Assembly: GCA_964057225.1 (NCBI GenBank)
Contig: OZ059899.1
Span: forward strand, 10,044,001 to 10,108,000
From: Auanema rhodensis
Taxonomy: Eukaryota > Animalia > Nematoda
DNA: 64,000 nt
Direction of reading: 5' to 3'
The first letter of the stretch is position 1, and each line of letters begins with the position of its first letter. Below, in pieces: positions 15,001 to 28,164 of this stretch. Under the pieces are notes generated by a model, which was given only the letters and a program-made list of their open reading frames with translations, was not told the DNA's origin and did no database searches. Position numbers and translations under genes: made by a program.

Positions 15001-18000
15001 AGCCTATTAGTTTGAAATTTTATGTCTTACAGTTCTCCAACAGAACAGACTGATCCTGATTTCTCTATGATTACATAAAACTCTCGTTTGATATAAAAGC
15101 ATATTGGATAGAAATTTCGAAAGCATTTTGGATGGAAATTAGAACGAAAAGAACTAGTTTTTTCTATTTTAAAACAAACAATAATAAACAAAATGAAAAG
15201 ATTGTTAGATATCCAATTTTAACTTATACATTTACTTCGATGAAGAGCCTATTAGATTGAATTTTTATGTCTTACAGTTCTCCAACAGAACAGACTGATC
15301 CTGATTTTTCTACGATTACACAAAACTCTCGTTTGATATACAAAAAGGAGAGGAATAACGTTTCCAGGATATCAATGATATCGAATCTAGTGATATTGTA
15401 GAAAAATGTAATGTCAGCTCCATAGTTTTTCTCTTAATTTCTCTCATCACAATAGTCTTACTTTTTTTCATAAGAGTTTCTGAAATCTTAGTTGAACAAG
15501 GCAGTATATATTTTTTTCTGGAATTCGAAAGCATTTGAAATGAAAATTAGAAAGAAAAGAACTAGTTTTTCCTACTTTAAAACAAACAATAATAAACAAA
15601 ATGAAAAGGTTGTTAGATATCCAATTTTAACTTATACATTTACTTCGATGAAGAGCCTATTAGATTGAAATTTTATGTCTTACAGTTCTCCAACAGAACA
15701 GACTGATCCTGATTTCTCTATGATTACATAAAACTCTCGTTTGATATAAAAGCATATTGGATAGAAATTTCGAAAGCATTTTGGATGGAAATTAGAACGA
15801 AAAGAACTAGTTTTTTCTATTTTAAAACAAACAATAATAAACAAAATGAAAAGATTGTTAGATATCCAATTTTAACTTATACATTTACTTCGATGAAGAG
15901 CCTATTAGATTGAATTTTTATGTCTTACAGTTCTCCAACAGAACAGACTGATCCTGATTTCTCTATGATTACATAAAACTCTCGTTTGATATAAAAGCAT
16001 ATTGGATAGAAATTTCGAAAGCATTTTGGATGGAAATTAGAACGAAAAGAACTAGTTTTTTCTATTTTAAAACAAACAATAATAAACAAAATGAAAAGAT
16101 TGTTAGATATCCAATTTTAACTTATACATTTACTTCGATGAAGAGCCTATTAGATTGAATTTTTATGTCTTACAGTTCTCCAACAGAACAGACTGATCCT
16201 GATTTTTCTACGATTACATAAAACTCTCGTTTGATATAAAAGCATATTGGATAGAAATTTCGAAAGCATTTTGGATGGAAATTAGAACGAAAAGAACTAG
16301 TTTTTTCTATTTTAAAACAAACAATAATAAACAAAATGAAAAGATTGTTAGATATCCAATTTTAACTTATACATTTACTTCGATGAAGAGCCTATTAGAT
16401 TGAATTTTTATGTCTTACAGTTCTCCAACAGAACAGACTGATCCTGATTTTTCTACGATTACATAAAACTCTCGTTTGATATACAAAAAGGAGAGGAATA
16501 ACGTTTCCAGGATATCAATGATATCGAATCTAGTGATATTGTAGAAAAATGTAATGTCAGCTCCATAGTTTTTCTCTTAATTTCTCTCATCACAATAGTC
16601 TTACTTTTTTTCATAAGAGTTTCTGAAATCTTAGTTGAACAAGGCAGTATATATTTTTTTCTGGAATTCGAAAGCATTTGAAATGAAAATTAGAAAGAAA
16701 AGAACTAGTTTTTCCTACTTTAAAACAAACAATAAGAAATAAAATGAAAAAGATTGTTAGATATCCAATTTTAACTTATACATTTACTTCGATAAAGAGC
16801 CTATTAGTTTGAAATTTTATGTCTTACAGTTCTCCAACAGAACAGACTGATCCTGATTTCTCTATGATTACATAAAACTCTCGTTTGATATAAAAGCATA
16901 TTGGATAGAAATTTCGAAAGCATTTTGGATGGAAATTAGAACGAAAAGAACTAGTTTTTTCTATTTTAAAACAAACAATAATAAACAAAATGAAAAGATT
17001 GTTAGATATCCAATTTTAACTTATACATTTACTTCGATGAAGAGCCTATTAGATTGAATTTTTATGTCTTACAGTTCTCCAACAGAACAGACTGATCCTG
17101 ATTTCTCTATGATTACATAAAACTCTCGTTTGATATAAAAGCATATTGGATAGAAATTTCGAAAGCATTTTGGATGGAAATTAGAACGAAAAGAACTAGT
17201 TTTTTCTATTTTAAAACAAACAATAATAAACAAAATGAAAAGATTGTTAGATATCCAATTTTAACTTATACATTTACTTCGATGAAGAGCCTATTAGATT
17301 GAATTTTTATGTCTTACAGTTCTCCAACAGAACAGACTGATCCTGATTTCTCTATGATTACATAAAACTCTCGTTTGATATAAAAGCATATTGGATAGAA
17401 ATTTCGAAAGCATTTTGGATGGAAATTAGAACGAAAAGAACTAGTTTTTTCTATTTTAAAACAAACAATAATAAACAAAATGAAAAGATTGTTAGATATC
17501 CAATTTTAACTTATACATTTACTTCGATGAAGAGCCTATTAGATTGAATTTTTATGTCTTACAGTTCTCCAACAGAACAGACTGATCCTGATTTTTCTAC
17601 GATTACATAAAACTCTCGTTTGATATAAAAGCATATTGGATAGAAATTTCGAAAGCATTTTGGATGGAAATTAGAACGAAAAGAACTAGTTTTTTCTATT
17701 TTAAAACAAACAATAATAAACAAAATGAAAAGATTGTTAGATATCCAATTTTAACTTATACATTTACTTCGATGAAGAGCCTATTAGATTGAATTTTTAT
17801 GTCTTACAGTTCTCCAACAGAACAGACTGATCCTGATTTTTCTACGATTACATAAAACTCTCGTTTGATATACAAAAAGGAGAGGAATAACGTTTCCAGG
17901 ATATCAATGATATCGAATCTAGTGATATTGTAGAAAAATGTAATGTCAGCTCCATAGTTTTTCTCTTAATTTCTCTCATCACAATAGTCTTACTTTTTTT

Positions 18001-20322
18001 CATAAGAGTTTCTGAAATCTTAGTTGAACAAGGCAGTATATATTTTTTTCTGGAATTCGAAAGCATTTGAAATGAAAATTAGAAAGAAAAGAACTAGTTT
18101 TTCCTACTTTAAAACAAACAATAAGAAATAAAATGAAAAAGATTGTTAGATATCCAATTTTAACTTATACATTTACTTCGATAAAGAGCCTATTAGTTTG
18201 AAATTTTATGTCTTACAGTTCTCCAACAGAACAGACTGATCCTGATTTCTCTATGATTACATAAAACTCTCGTTTGATATAAAAGCATATTGGATAGAAA
18301 TTTCGAAAGCATTTTGGATGGAAATTAGAACGAAAAGAACTAGTTTTTTCTATTTTAAAACAAACAATAATAAACAAAATGAAAAGATTGTTAGATATCC
18401 AATTTTAACTTATACATTTACTTCGATGAAGAGCCTATTAGATTGAATTTTTATGTCTTACAGTTCTCCAACAGAACAGACTGATCCTGATTTCTCTATG
18501 ATTACATAAAACTCTCGTTTGATATAAAAGCATATTGGATAGAAATTTCGAAAGCATTTTGGATGGAAATTAGAACGAAAAGAACTAGTTTTTTCTATTT
18601 TAAAACAAACAATAATAAACAAAATGAAAAGATTGTTAGATATCCAATTTTAACTTATACATTTACTTCGATGAAGAGCCTATTAGATTGAATTTTTATG
18701 TCTTACAGTTCTCCAACAGAACAGACTGATCCTGATTTCTCTATGATTACATAAAACTCTCGTTTGATATAAAAGCATATTGGATAGAAATTTCGAAAGC
18801 ATTTTGGATGGAAATTAGAACGAAAAGAACTAGTTTTTTCTATTTTAAAACAAACAATAATAAACAAAATGAAAAGATTGTTAGATATCCAATTTTAACT
18901 TATACATTTACTTCGATAAAGAGCCTATTAGTTTGAAATTTTATGTCTTACAGTTCTCCAACAGAACAGACTGATACTGATTTTTCTACGATTACATAAA
19001 ACTCTCGTTTGATATAAAAGCATATTGGATAGAAATTTCGAAAGCATTTTGGATGGAAATTAGAACGAAAAGAACTAGTTTTTCCTACTTTAAAACAAAC
19101 AATAAGAAATAAATTGAAAAAGATTGTTAGATATCCAATTTAAACTTATACATTTACTTCGATAAAGAGCCTATTAGTTTGAAATTTTATGTCTTACAGT
19201 TCTCCAACAGAACAGACTGATACTGATTTTTCTACGATTACATAAAACTCTCGTTTGATATAAAAGCATATTGGATAGAAATTTCGAAAGCATTTTGGAT
19301 GGAAATTAGAACGAAAAGAACTAGTTTTTTCTATTTTAAAACAAACAATAATAAACAAAATGAAAAGATTGTTAGATATCCAATTTAAACTTATACATTT
19401 ACTTCGATGAAGAGCCTATTAGATTGAAATTTTATGTCTTACAGTTCTCCAACAGAACAGACTGATCCTGATTGCTCTATGATTACATAAAACTCTCGTT
19501 TGATATAAAAGCATATTGGATAGAAATTTCGAAAGCATTTTGGATGGAAATTAGAACGAAAAGAACTAGTTTTTTCTATTTTAAAACAAACAATAATAAA
19601 CAAAATGAAAAGATTGTTAGATATCCAATTTTAACTTATACATTTACTTCGATGAAGAGCCTATTAGATTGAATTTTTATGTCTTACAGTTCTCCAACAG
19701 AACAGACTGATCCTGATTTTTCTACGATTACTGAAAACTCTCGTTTGATATACAAAAAGGAGAGGAATAACGTTTCCAGGATATCAATGATATCGAATCT
19801 AGTGATATTGTAGAAAAATGTGATGTCAGCTCCATAGTTTTTCTCTTAATTTCTCTCATCACAATAGTCTTAGTTTTTTTTCATAAGAGTTTGTGAAATC
19901 TTAGTTGAACAAGGCAGTATATATTTTTTTCTGGAATTCGAAAGCATTTGGGATGGAAATTAGAAAGAAAAGAACTAGTTTTTCCTATTTTAAAACAAAC
20001 AATAAGAAATAAAATGAAAAAGAATGTTAGATATCCAATTTAAACTTGTACATTTACTTCGATAAAGAGCCTATCAGTTTGAAATTTTATGTCTTACAGT
20101 TCTCCAACAGAACAGACTGATCCTGATTTCTCTATGATTACATAAAACTCTCGTTTGATATACAAAAAGGAGAGGAATAACGTTTCCAGGATATCAATGA
20201 TATCGAATCTAGTGATATTGTAGAAAAATGTAATGTCAGCTCCATAGTTTTTCTCTTAATTTCTCTCATCACAATAGTCTTAGTTTTTTTTCATAAGAGT
20301 TTCTGAAATCTTAGTTGAACAA
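1..20322 (+). repeat. tRNA-less domain: L+S dimers (~654-655 bp), L-L-S trimers (~1065 bp) and S runs
   Basis: No GGCCGCGTGG occurs before 20323. A 654-bp period shows in ORF-track copies at 8115/8769/9423. L monomers have AACAAGGCAGTATATAT where the tRNA would be. Confidence 0.95.
13755..19740 (+). repeat. Sub-domain dominated by the 245-bp S monomer, including a 1389-bp (4S+L) higher-order unit
   Basis: Consecutive S monomers at 245-bp spacing; identical L variants (CTTACTTTTTT, TTTGAAATG) at 16459 and 17848 are 1389 bp apart. Confidence 0.88.
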
Positions 20323-20395
20323 GGCCGCGTGGCGCAATGGATAACGCGTCTGCCTACGGAGCAGAAGATTGTAGGTTTGAATCCTGCCGTGGTCG
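20323..20395 (+). pseudogene. tRNA-Arg(ACG) with B-box C56T, probably inactive
   Basis: Full 73-nt body, but the T-loop reads GGTTTGAATCC instead of GGTTCGAATCC. Confidence 0.8.
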
Positions 20396-20399
20396 TAAA

Positions 20400-20406
20400 T
20401 TTTTTT
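20400..20406 (+). terminator. RNA Pol III terminator (T7); an equivalent T-run follows every tRNA copy
   Basis: GGTCG-TAAA-TTTTTTT lies 4 nt after the discriminator G73. Confidence 0.85.
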
Positions 20407-21339
20407 CATTTCACTTGTCATTTATAAAAATCGAATTTATCTTCTTCAACGATTTTTTTTGCAATGTGTCATAAGAATTTCATAGTTGAACAAAACGTTT
20501 TTTAAGAAGTTTTTTTGTTGTCAACATATATATTTTCCTGGAATTCGAAAGCATTTGGGATGGAAATTAGAAAGAAAAGAACTAGTTTTTCCTACTTTAA
20601 AACAAACAATAAGAAATAAAATGAAAAAGATTGTTAGATATCCAATTTAAACTTGTACATTTACTTCGATAAAGAGCCTATCAGTTTGAAATTTTATGTC
20701 TTACAGTTCTCCAACAGAACAGACTGATCCTGATTTCTCTATGATTACATAAAACTCTCGTTTGATATACAAAAAGGAGAGGAATAACGTTTCCAGGATA
20801 TCAATGATATCGAATCTAGTGATATTGTAGAAAAATGTAATGTCAGCTCCATAGTTTTTCTCTTAATTTCTCTCATCACAATAGTCTTAGTTTTTTTCAT
20901 AAGAGTTTGTGAAATCTTAGTTGAACAAGGCAGTATATATTTTTTTCTGGAATTCGAAAGCATTTGGGATGGAAATTAGAAAGAAAAGAACTAGTTTTTC
21001 CTACTTTAAAACAAACAATAAGAAATAAAGTGAAAAAGATTGTTAGATATCCAATTTAAACTTGTACATTTACTTCGATAAAGAGCCTATCAGTTTGAAA
21101 TTTTATGTCTTACAGTTCTCCAACAGAACAGACTGATCCTGATTTCTCTATGATTACATAAAACTCTCGTTTGATATACAAAAAGGAGAGGAATAACGTT
21201 TCCAGGATATCAATGATATCGAATCTAGTGATATTGTAGAAAAATGTAATGTCAGCTCCATAGTTTTTCTCTTAATTTCTCTCATCACAATAGTCTTAGT
21301 TTTTTTTTCATAAGAGTTTCTGAAATCTTAGTTGAACAA

Positions 21340-21412
21340 GGCCGCGTGGCGCAATGGATAACGCGTCTGCCTACGGAGCAGAAGATTGTAGGTTTGAATC
21401 CTGCCGTGGTCG
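21340..21412 (+). pseudogene. tRNA-Arg(ACG) with B-box C56T
   Basis: GGTTTGAATCC T-loop. Confidence 0.8.
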
Positions 21413-22601
21413 TAAATTTTTTTCATTTCACTTGTCATTTATAAAAATCGAATTTATCTTCTTCAACGATTTTTTTTGCAATGTGTCATAAGAATTTCAT
21501 AGTTGAACAAAACGTTTTTTAAGAAGTTTTTTTGTTGTCAACATATATATTTTCCTGGAATTCGAAAGCATTTGGGATGGAAATTAGAAAGAAAAGAACT
21601 AGTTTTTCCTACTTTAAAACAAACAATAAGAAATAAAATGAAAAAGATTGTTAGATATCCAATTTAAACTTATACATTTACTTTGATAAAGAGCCTATTA
21701 GATTGAAATTTTATGTCTTACAGTTCTCCAACAGAACAGACTGATCCTGATTTTTCTACGATTACATAAAACTCTCGTTTGATATAAAAGCATATTGGAT
21801 AGAAATTTCGAAAGCATTTTGGATGGAAATTAGAACGAAAAGAACTAGTTTTTTCTATTTTAAAACAAACAATAATAAACAAAATGAAAAGATTGTTAGA
21901 TATCCAATTTTAACTTATACATTTACTTCGATGAAGAGCCTATTAGATTGAATTTTTATGTCTTACAGTTCTCCAACAGAACAGACTGATCCTGATTTTT
22001 CTACGATTACATAAAACTCTCGTTTGATATACAAAAAGGAGAGGAATAACGTTTCCAGGATATCAATGATATCGAATCTAGTGATATTGTAGAAAAATGT
22101 AATGTCAGCTCCATAGTTTTTCTCTTAATTTCTCTCATCACAATAGTCTTAGTTTTTTTTCATAAGAGTTTCTGAAATCTTGGTTGAACAAGGCAGTATA
22201 TATTTTTTTCTGGAATTCGAAAGCATTTGGGATGAAAATTAGAAAGAAAAGAACTAGTTTTTCCTACTTTAAAACAAACAATAAGAAATAAAATGAAAAA
22301 GATTGTTAGATATCCTATTTAAACTTGTACATTTACTTCGATAAAGAGCCTATCAGTTTGAAATTTTATGTCTTACAGTTCTCCAACAGAACAGACTGAT
22401 CCTGATTTCTCTATGATTACATAAAACTCTCGTTTGATATACAAAAAGGAGAGGAATAACGTTTCCAGGATATCAATGATATCGAATCTAGTGATATTGT
22501 AGAAAAATGTAATGTCAGCTCCATAGTTTTTCTCTTAATTTCTCTCATCACAATAGTCTTAGTTTTTTTTCATAAGAGTTTCTGAAATCTTAGTTGAACA
22601 A

Positions 22602-22674
22602 GGCCGCGTGGCGCAATGGATAACGCGTCTGCCTACGGAGCAGAAGATTGTAGGTTTGAATCCTGCCGTGGTCG
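22602..22674 (+). pseudogene. tRNA-Arg(ACG) with B-box C56T
   Basis: GGTTTGAATCC T-loop. Confidence 0.8.
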
Positions 22675-23863
22675 TAAATTTTTTTCATTTCACTTGTCAT
22701 TTATAAAAATCGAATTTATCTTCTTCAACGATTTTTTTTGCAATGTGTCATAAGAATTTCATAGTTGAACAAAACGTTTTTTAAGAAGTTTTTTTGTTGT
22801 CAACATATATATTTTCCTGGAATTCGAAAGCATTTGGGATGGAAATTAGAAAGAAAAGAACTAGTTTTTCCTACTTTAAAACAAACAATAAGAAATAAAA
22901 TGAAAAAGATTGTTAGATATCCAATTTAAACTTATACATTTACTTTGATAAAGAGCCTATTAGATTGAAATTTTATGTCTTACAGTTCTCCAACAGAACA
23001 GACTGATCCTGATTTTTTTACGATTACATAAAACTCTCGTTTGATATAAAAGCATATTGGATAGAAATTTCGAAAGCATTTTGGATGGAAATTAGAACGA
23101 AAAGAACTATTTTTTTCTATTTTAAAACAAACAATAATAAACAAAATGAAAAGATTGTTAGATATCCAATTTTAACTTATACATTTACTTCGATGAAGAG
23201 CCTATTAGATTGAATTTTTATGTCTTACAGTTCTCCAACAGAACAGACTGATCCTGATTTTTCTACGATTACATAAAACTCTCGTTTGATATACAAAAAG
23301 GAGAGGAATAACGTTTCCAGGATATCAATGATATCGAATCTAGTGATATTGTAGAAAAATGTAATGTCAGCTCCATAGTTTTTCTCTTAATTTCTCTCAT
23401 CACAATAGTCTTAGTTTTTTTCCATAAGAGTTTCTGAAATCTTAGTTGAACAAGGCAGTATATATTTTTTTCTGGAATTCGAAAGCATTTGGGATGGAAA
23501 TTAGAAAGAAAAGAACTAGTTTTTCCTACTTTAAAACAAACAATAAGAAATAAAATGAAAAAGATTGTTAGATATCCTATTTAAACTTATACATTTACTT
23601 CGATAAAGAGCCTATCAGTTTGAAATTTTATGTCTTACAGTTCTCCAACAGAACAGACTGATCCTGATTTCTCTATGATTACATAAAACTCTCGTTTAAT
23701 ATACAAAAAGGAGAGGAATAACGTTTCCAGGATATCAATGATATCGAATCTAGTGATATTGTAGAAAAATGTAATGTCAGCTCCATAGTTTTTCTCTTAA
23801 TTTCTCTCATCACAATAGTCTTAGTTTTTTTTCATAAGAGTTTCTGAAATCTTAGTTGAACAA

Positions 23864-23936
23864 GGCCGCGTGGCGTAATGGATAACGCGTCTGCCTACGG
23901 AGCAGAAGATTGTAGGTTCGAATCCTGCCGTGGTCG
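23864..23936 (+). tRNA. tRNA-Arg(ACG), C13T variant
   Basis: TGGCGTAATGG A-box; B-box intact; T13 can pair with A22. Confidence 0.9.
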
Positions 23937-24715
23937 TAAATTTTTTTCATTTCACTTGTCATTTATAAAAATCGAATTTATCTTCTTCAACGATTATTTT
24001 TGCAATGTGTCATAAGAATTTCATAGTTGAACAAAACGTTTTTTAAGAAGTTTTTTTGTTGTCAACATATATATTTTCCTGGAATTCGAAAGCATTTGGG
24101 ATGGAAATTAGAAAGAAAAGAACTAGTTTTTCCTACTTTAAAACAAACAATAAGAAATAAAATAAAAAAGATTGTTAGATATCCAATTTAAACTTATACA
24201 TTTACTTTGATAAAGAGCCTATTAGATTGAAATTTTATGTCTTACAGTTCTCCAACAGAACAGACTGATCCTGATTTTTCTACGATTACATAAAACTCTC
24301 GTTTGATATAAAAGCATATTGGATAGAAATTTCGAAAGCATTTTGGATGGAAATTAGAACGAAAAGAACTAGTTTTTTCTATTTTAAAACAAACAATAAT
24401 AAACAAAATGAAAAGATTGTTAGATATCCAATTTTAACTTATACATTTACTTCGATGAAGAGCCTATTAGATTGAATTTTTATGTCTTACAGTTCTCCAA
24501 CAGAACGGACTGATCCTGATTTTTCTACGATTACATAAAACTCTCGTTCGATATACAAAAAGGAGAGGAATAACGTTTCCAGGATATCAATGATATCGAA
24601 TCTAGTGATACTGTAGAAAAATATAATGTCAGCACCATAGTTTTTCTCTTAATTTCTCTCATCACAATAGTCTTAGTTTTTTTTCATAAGAGTTTCTGAA
24701 ATCTCAGTTGAACAA

Positions 24716-24788
24716 GGCCGCGTGGCGCAATGGATAACGCGTCTGCCTACGGAGCAGAAGATTGTAGGTTCGAATCCTGCCGTGGTCG
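24716..24788 (+). tRNA. tRNA-Arg(ACG), consensus
   Basis: Cloverleaf: acceptor GGCCGCG/CGTGGTC, D-arm GCG/CGC, anticodon stem TCTGC/GCAGA with loop CT-ACG-GA, T-arm GTAGG-TTCGAAT-CCTGC. A20/C35 Arg identity elements present; no intron; CCA not encoded. Confidence 0.97.
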
Positions 24789-25567
24789 TAAATTTTTTTC
24801 ATTTCACTTGTCATTTATAAAAATCGAATTTATCTTCTTCAACGATTATTTTTGCAATGTGTCATAAGTATTTCATAGTTGAACAAAACGTTTTTTAAGA
24901 AGTTTTTTTGTTGTCAACATATATATTTTCCTGGAATTCGAAAGCATTTGGGATGGAAATTAGAAAGAAAAGAACTAGTTTTTCCTACTTTAAAACAAAC
25001 AATAAGAAATAAAATGAAAAAGATTGTTAGATATCCAATTTAAACTTATACATTTACTTTGATAAAGAGCCTATTAGATTGAAATTTTATGTCTTACAGT
25101 TCTCCAACAGAACAGACTGATCCTGATTTTTCTACGATTACATAAAACTCTCGTTTGATATAAAAGCATATTGGATAGAAATTTCGAAAGCATTTTGGAT
25201 GGAAATTAGAACGAAAAGAACTAGTTTTTTCTATTTTAAAACAAACAATAATGAACAGAATGAAAAGATTGTTAGATATCCAATTTTAACTTATACATTT
25301 ACTTCGATGAAGAGCCTATTAGATTGAATTTTTATGTCTTACAGTTCTCCAACAGAACAGACTGATCCTGATTTTTCTACGATTACATAAAACTCTCGTT
25401 TGATATACAAAAAGGAGAGGAATAACGTTTCCAGGATATCAATGATATCGAATCTAGTGATATTGTAGAAAAATGTAATGTCAGCTCCATAGTTTTTCTC
25501 TTAATTTCTCTCATCACAATAGTCTTAGTTTTTTTCCATAAGAGTTTCTGAAATCTTAGTTGAACAA

Positions 25568-25640
25568 GGCCGCGTGGCGCAATGGATAACGCGTCTGCCT
25601 ACGGAGCAGAAGATTGTAGGTTCGAATCCTGCCGTGGTCG
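25568..25640 (+). tRNA. tRNA-Arg(ACG)
   Basis: Identical to consensus copy. Confidence 0.96.
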
Positions 25641-26419
25641 TAAATTTTTTTCATTTCACTTGTCATTTATAAAAATCGAATTTATCTTCTTCAACGATTA
25701 TTTTTGCAATGTGTCATAAGAATTTCATAGTTGAACAAAACGTTTTTTAAGAAGTTTTTTTGTTGTCAACATATATATTTTCCTGGAATTCGAAAGCATT
25801 TGGGATGGAAATTAGAAAGAAAAGAACTAGTTTTTCCTACTTTAAAACAAACAATAAGAAATAAAATGAAAAAGATTGTTAGATATCCAATTTAAACTTA
25901 TACATTTACTTTGATAAAGAGCCTATTAGATTGAAATTTTATGTCTTATAGTTCTCCCACAGAACAGACTGATCCTGATTTTTCTACGATTACATAAAAC
26001 TCTCGTTTGATATAAAAGCATATTGGATAGAAATTTCGAAAGCTTTTTGGATGGAAATTAGAACGAAAAGAACCAGTTTTTTCTATTTTAAAACAAACAA
26101 TAATAAACAAAATGAAAAGATTGTTAGATATCCAATTTTAACTTATACATTTACTTCGATGAAGAGCCTATTAGATTGAATTTTTATGTCTTACAGTTCT
26201 CCAACAGAACAGACTGATCCTGATTTTTCTACGATTACATAAAACTCTCGTTCGATATACAAAAAGGAGAGGAATAACGTTTCCAGGATATCAATGATAT
26301 CGAATCTAGTGATATTGTAGAAAAATGTAATGTCAGCTCCATAGTTTTTCTCTTAATTTCTCTCATCACAATAGTCTTAGTTTTTTTTCATAAGAGTTTC
26401 TGAAATCTTAGTTGAACAA

Positions 26420-26492
26420 GGCCGCGTGGCGCAATGGATAACGCGTCTGCCTACGGAGCAGAAGATTGTAGGTTCGAATCCTGCCGTGGTCG
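26420..26492 (+). tRNA. tRNA-Arg(ACG)
   Basis: Identical to consensus copy. Confidence 0.96.
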
Positions 26493-28091
26493 TAAATTTT
26501 TTTCATTTCACTTGTCATTTATAAAAATCGAATTTATCTTCTTCAACGATTATTTTTGCAATGTGTCATAAGAATTTCATAGTTGAACAAAACGTTTTTT
26601 GAGAAGTTTTTTTGTTGTCAACATATATATTTTCCTGGAATTCGAAAGCATTTGGGATGGAAATTAGAAAGAAAAGAACTAGTTTTTCCTACTTTGAAAC
26701 AAACAATAAGAAATAAAATGAAAAAGATTGTTAGATATCCAATTTAAACTTATACATTTACTTTGATAAAGAGCCTATTAGATTGAAATTTTATGTCTTA
26801 CAGTTCTCCAACAGAAGAGACTGATCCTGATTTTTCTACGATTACATAAAACTCTCGTTTGTTATAAAAGCATATTGGATAGAAATTTCGAAAGCATTTT
26901 GGATGGAAATTAGAACGAAAAGAACTAGTTTTTTCTCTTTTAAAACAAACAATAATAAACAAAATGAAAAGATTGTTAGATATCCAATTTTAACTTATAC
27001 ATTTACTTCGATGAAGAGCCTATTAGATTGAATTTTTATGTCTTACAGTTCTCCAACAGAACAGACTGATCCTGATTTTTCTACGATTACATAAAACTCT
27101 CGTTCGATATACAAAAAGGAGAGGAATAACGTTTCCAGGATATCAATGATATCGAATCTAGTGATACTGTAGAAAAATATAATGTCAGCTCCATAGTTTT
27201 TCTCTTAATTTCTCTCATCACAATAGTCTTAGTTTGTTTTCATAAGAGTTTCTGAAATCTTAGTTGAACAAGGCAGTATATATTTTTTTCTGGAATTCGA
27301 AAGCATTTGGGATGGAAATTAGAAAGAAAAGAACTAGTTTTTCCTACTTTAAAACAAACAATAAGAAATAAAATGAAAAAGATTGTTAGATATCCAATTT
27401 TAACTTATACATTTACTTCGATGAAGAGCCTATTAGATTGAATTTTTATGTCTTACAGTTCTCCAACAGAACAGACTGATCCTGATTTTTCTACGATTAC
27501 ATAAAACTCTCGTTCGATATACAAAAAGGAGAGGAATAACGTTTCCAGGATATCAATGATATCGAATCTAGTGATATTGTAGAAAAATGTAATGTCAGCT
27601 CCATAGTTTTTCTCTTAATTTCTCTCATCACAATAGTCTTAGTTTTTTTTCATAAGAGTTTCTGAAATCTTAGTTGAACAAGGCAGTATATATTTTTTTC
27701 TGGAATTCGAAAGCATTTGGGATGAAAATTAGAAAGAAAAGAACTAGTTTTTCCTACTTTAAAACAAACAATAAGAAATAAAATGAAAAAGATTGTTAGA
27801 TATCCAATTTAAACTTATACATTTACTTCGATGAAGAGCCTATTAGATTGAATTTTTATGTCTTACAGTTCTCCAACAGAACAGACTGATCCTGATTTTT
27901 CTACGATTACATAAAACTCTCGTTCGATATACAAAAAGGAGAGGAATAACGTTTCCAGGATATCAATGATATCGAATCTAGTGATATTGTAGAAAAATAT
28001 AATGTCAGCTCCATAGTTTTTCTCTTAATGTCTCTCATCACAATAGTCTTAGTTATTTTTCATAAGAGTTTCTGAAATCTTAGTTGAACAA

Positions 28092-28164
28092 GGCCGCGTG
28101 GCGCAATGGATAACGCGTCTGCCTACGGAGCAGAAGATTGTAGGTTCGAATCCTGCCGTGGTCG
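28092..28164 (+). tRNA. tRNA-Arg(ACG)
   Basis: Identical to consensus copy. Confidence 0.96.

Noticed and set aside
11950-19672. 66-aa plus-strand ORF (two copies)
   Set aside because: It depends on a private T>G SNP creating a TTG start in 2 of many monomers; low-complexity translation of AT-rich repeat.
20291-20493. Loss of the tRNA by recombination between the flanking TAGTTGAACAA direct repeats
   Set aside because: That would yield ...CTTAGTTGAACAA-AACGTTTTTTAAG; the observed empty junctions are AACAA-GGC(A/C)G-TATATAT instead.
20184-20543. Inverted pair TTCCAGGA ... TCCTGGAA bracketing the module as possible MITE terminal repeats
   Set aside because: Only 8 bp, not at the module's indel boundaries, and no target-site duplication.
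20323-20545. tRNA-derived SINE inserted in a satellite
   Set aside because: The tRNA is a perfect cloverleaf followed at once by a Pol III terminator. There is no poly-A tail or clean target-site duplication, and the indel breakpoint lies inside the tRNA.
8115-20963. Repeated 72-aa minus-strand ORF (MLSNSRKKY...)
   Set aside because: It is open only in copies with a 1-bp shorter poly-T run; most L monomers are frameshifted. No recognisable domain; a satellite artefact.
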